Shown one piece after another: positions 61,001 to 64,000 of a DNA stretch of 64,000 nt. Position 1 is the stretch's first letter, and each line of letters begins with the position of its first letter. Under the pieces are notes generated by a model. It had not been told where the DNA came from, made no database searches, and saw nothing but the letters and a program-made list of their open reading frames with translations. Location: the NCBI GenBank assembly GCA_014905635.1, contig JABVCE010000008.1, positions 558,001 through 622,000 on the forward strand. The letters run 5' to 3'. This DNA comes from Scenedesmus sp. PABB004. Its lineage: Eukaryota. The translations under genes and the position numbers were made by a program.

Positions 61001-63396
61001 GGGCTGCCCCCAGCGGCCGCGCCGCGCGGCGTGATGACCTCATCATCGCCGCCAGGGCTGCCGAGCGCGGGCTGCTGCGCCTGCGGCGCTGCTGCACTGC
61101 CGCCGCCGCCGGCGCCAAACAGCACCTTGGCGGCCGCCGGGCGCGGCGGCGACGCCAGTGCTGCCGCCGTGGCCGCCGCCGTCGCGACGGCCGCCATCGC
61201 CGCCGCCGTCAGCGGCGACGCCAGCGGCTCCTGGCCGGCGCCCGCGCCGCTCGCAGCGTCTGCGGCGACCGGCGCCAGCTCGCGGCCCGGGCTGCGCCGC
61301 GGCGCAGCGCCGGGCTCGCCGCCGGCTGCGGCCGCCGTGCTCGCTGCCTTGAGCCGCTCGCGCCAGTTGCGCAGCAGCTCCTCGCCACGCAGGTTGCTGC
61401 TCGCCTCCACCGCAGCCAGCTTCGCGGGGCTCAGCGCCTTGAGCCCCGCCGCCATGACCGCCGCGCGCGCCGCGGCCGCCGCCACGGCCGCCGCTGCGCT
61501 CGAGGCCGCGGCGCCCGCGCCGCTGCCGCCGTGCTCGGCGAGCAGCAGCTGCCGCCAGCTGTCCAGCGGCGGCAGGGCGGGCTGCGCGCCGAGCTCCGCC
61601 GGCGGCGCCCGCCGCGAGGGCGACGGCGCGGCGCCGTCCAGCAGCAGGGCCCTGGCGGGCGAGCGCGCCGCGCCCTGCTGGCGCGTGCGCTGCAGGCGCC
61701 ACTGCCGCAGCAGGTCCTCCGGCGCCGCGGCCTGCCCTGCTGCAGGTGCGCCGTTGGCGCCCGCCGGCGCGCCCAGCTCGTCCAGCAGCCGCCGCTGCGC
61801 GCGCACGCGGGGCGGGAGCAGCAGGGGGGGGGGGGTGAGCAACCGAACGTGCAACAGCGGAGCGCAGGCAAGCCATCCCCCCCCCCCCGCACGCGCACGC
61901 ACGCTCACCAGCTGCTGGCGCCACACGCCGTGTGCGCCCACGCCGGAGCTGGCCGCCGGCTGCGCGACCGGCTGCTGCAGCACAGCAAACGAGGGCGTCG
62001 CGTGTGGGCTGACCGCGAAACCGGGCGCGCCCGGGGCCACCGGCTTGTTTGCCAGCAGCCGCCTGCAGCGCTCCAGCAGCTCCGCGGTGGCGTCAGCGTG
62101 GCCGCTGCTGCTGCTGCTGGCCGCTGCGGCGACGCTCGCGCCCGCTACGGCCTGGCTGCTGGCGCCTGTCGAGGCCAGGACCGGCGCTGCGGCCGCCGGC
62201 GCTGCGGCCGCCGGCGCTGCGGCCGCCGGCGCTGTGGCCGCCAGCGCTGCGGCCGCCGTCTCCTGGTGCCAGGCGCTGCTGCTGGCGACGACGTCAGCGG
62301 CCGCCGTGGGGCCCACACTGCAAGCATCACCGGCCGCGGCTGTCGGCGCCGATGCCAGCACATGGCCCGCTGCCACCGGCGCGGGGCCCGGCGCCACCGC
62401 CCAGGTGGCGTGGCTCAAGTCTTCGCGCTGCTCCCGCGGCAGCGCCGGCGCCTCCCTGAACCGCCGAACCATGTCGGAGACGTGCACGACGCGCGGCGCC
62501 GGCGCGCTCGCCGCCGCCCCCGCCGCTGCGGTGGCGGCCTGCCCGCCTGCCGCGCCCGCCGGCGCGGCGCCGCCCGCGCGCAGCGCCTTGAGCCGCTGCA
62601 GCCGCTCAACGCGAGAGAGGCCGGCCGCCGGCGCAGGCGGGGCCGCCGACTGGCTCGCGTCCGGTGCTGGTGCTTCACCTGCCGCGGCTGTCGCTGCTGC
62701 TGGTGCTGCTTCTGCGGCCGCTGCTTCTGCTGCTGCCGCGCGCGCGGCTGCCCGCGCCGCCGTGTGCAACGGCGGCGACTGCGGCGCGGCCGGCCGGCTG
62801 CCGGCGGAGCCGCCGCGCCTCGCCATCGCAGTGCGCGGCGCCGGCACAGCGCCCCGCTCGCCGGCCGCGGCGCCGCTGCTCGCGCGGTCGCCGAAGCCGC
62901 TCTGCTGCGTCAGCACCGCGCCCACCACGCTGCTGCCGCCGCCGGCGGCGGCGCTGCCGCCTGCACCGCCGGGGCAGGCCGGCGCGCCCCCACCGCCGCC
63001 CTTGCGCTGCTGGTGCTGCGGCGCCGGGCTGCGCGCTGCGTGCGGCTGCTGGCCGTCCAGCTCGCCCAGCACGCCCGGCGCCGGCGGCGCGGCGTCTAGG
63101 GCCGCCAGCAGCGCCGTCTGCTCGCTCGCCGGCGTTGCGGTCGTCGCGACCGCGGCGCGCAGCCGTGCGCCGCCGCCGCCGGCGCTCCCGTCGCCGCCCC
63201 GTTGCGCAGCCGCCGAGCGGCGCGGCGCCTTGACAAAGCCTTGCACGCTGCACGCGCGCGGAGCAGCGGCGCCCGCCGCCATTTGAGCGCCGCGCCGCGC
63301 CGCCCCGACAGCTGGTGCGCGGCGGCGAGCGCGAGCCCCGACCCACCTGTTGGTCACCCACTGCGGCCGGCCCGGCGGCCGCACGCCCTCGTCCAT
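58444..63396 (-). CDS. Large Ala/Pro/Ser-rich disordered protein with short PROSER3-like motifs
   Basis: Open frame over 5 kb. Likely ATG at 63396, with in-frame introns near 63346-63248 and at 61908-61795. Motifs VSDMVRRFREAPALPREQR, ELLERCRRLL, EDLLRQWRLQR, EELLRNWRER and DDPELGALL. Confidence 0.65.
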
Positions 63397-63907
63397 GGCT
63401 GACAGCAGCGCTGTCCGCTGCGCCCCGCCGTCGCCGCTGCCGTGCGCGGCGCCGGGCGCGGAGCTGATCGCGTCCGGCCTCACGGGGCGGCGCACATCGT
63501 CCTGATCATGCAGCGGCACGGTCCCGGGGCCCCCTGCTGCGCCTAGGGCGCGGGTTGTTGCGCCGAGACGATGCCGGCCCTCCCGGCCTGGGCCTGCGCG
63601 GGCGATCGTTGCCGTTCGACTGTGATGGCGGTGACGGCGGGGCTGTGACTCGAAGCAGCTGAAGGGCGTGGCGGGCGTGGAGAGCGTCAGCAGCAGGCTT
63701 TAGGTTCGATACCAGCCTGCCCGGTGCTCTTCCGCTGGCCTCCTCGCTCCTGCCACAACAACCCCCCCCCTTTACTCGCCACCCGCAAGCCAGCCGGCAC
63801 CGCGGCGCCGCACACAGCAAGCAGCGCCCGAACGCCGAGCAGCAGCAGCGGCGGCGGCCGCCCGCGCGCGCGGGCCAGGCGGGGCCCCGGGGCAGCAGGC
63901 CCCCGCC

Positions 63908-64000
63908 ATGGGCAGAGATGATGAGGGCGCCGCGCCCGCGGCCGCCGCAGACGCGCCGGCGGCGGCGGCAGCAGCCGCTGCGCCCGCGCCGGCGGCGGCC
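63908..64000 (+). CDS. Probable start of the next gene (MGRDDEGAAPAAAAD...), truncated by the window edge
   Basis: GCCATGG Kozak context, open to the window end, divergent from the 63396 start. Confidence 0.4.
   Translation, partial: MGRDDEGAAPAAAADAPAAAAAAAAPAPAAA

Overview
Gene-dense, extremely GC-rich eukaryotic nuclear DNA. The intron style (GTGCG/GTGAG donors, CGCAG acceptors), TGTAA poly(A) signals, a plant-type cryptochrome and plastid-type proteins point to a chlorophyte green alga, probably Chlorophyceae/Sphaeropleales; this taxon call is inference. Most long ORFs in the six-frame track are GC artefacts. I spliced the genes by hand and can support about 22 protein-coding genes plus a partial one at the right edge. 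They are: a GT-A-like protein, a sterol desaturase/fatty acid hydroxylase, an LHPP/HDHD2-like HAD phosphatase, SmE, an OSCA/CSC1 channel, mTERF, a 1721-aa TPR/ARMET_C/TM protein, an orphan Cys-rich secreted protein, TVP38/DedA, plant cryptochrome, a VASt lipid-transfer protein, BBD nuclease, rhomboid, an LCM-family methyltransferase, an S26 pseudo-peptidase, a receptor-like TKL kinase, a tandem LisH/CTLH protein, SPF30, RMT2, a PROSER3-like protein and two hypotheticals. No rRNA, tRNA, CRISPR array or transposase was seen. Three observations stand out. First, a GRAM-less VASt protein with an FFAT motif and a tail anchor is a candidate ER-organelle sterol-transfer tether. Second, a single-pass membrane protein couples a luminal MANF-like CxGC/SAP domain to cytosolic PAM2- and GYF-binding-like motifs. 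Third, about 10% of introns use weak GC donors (G|GCGCG). Exon coordinates are manual calls, and family assignments come from motif recognition, not database searches.
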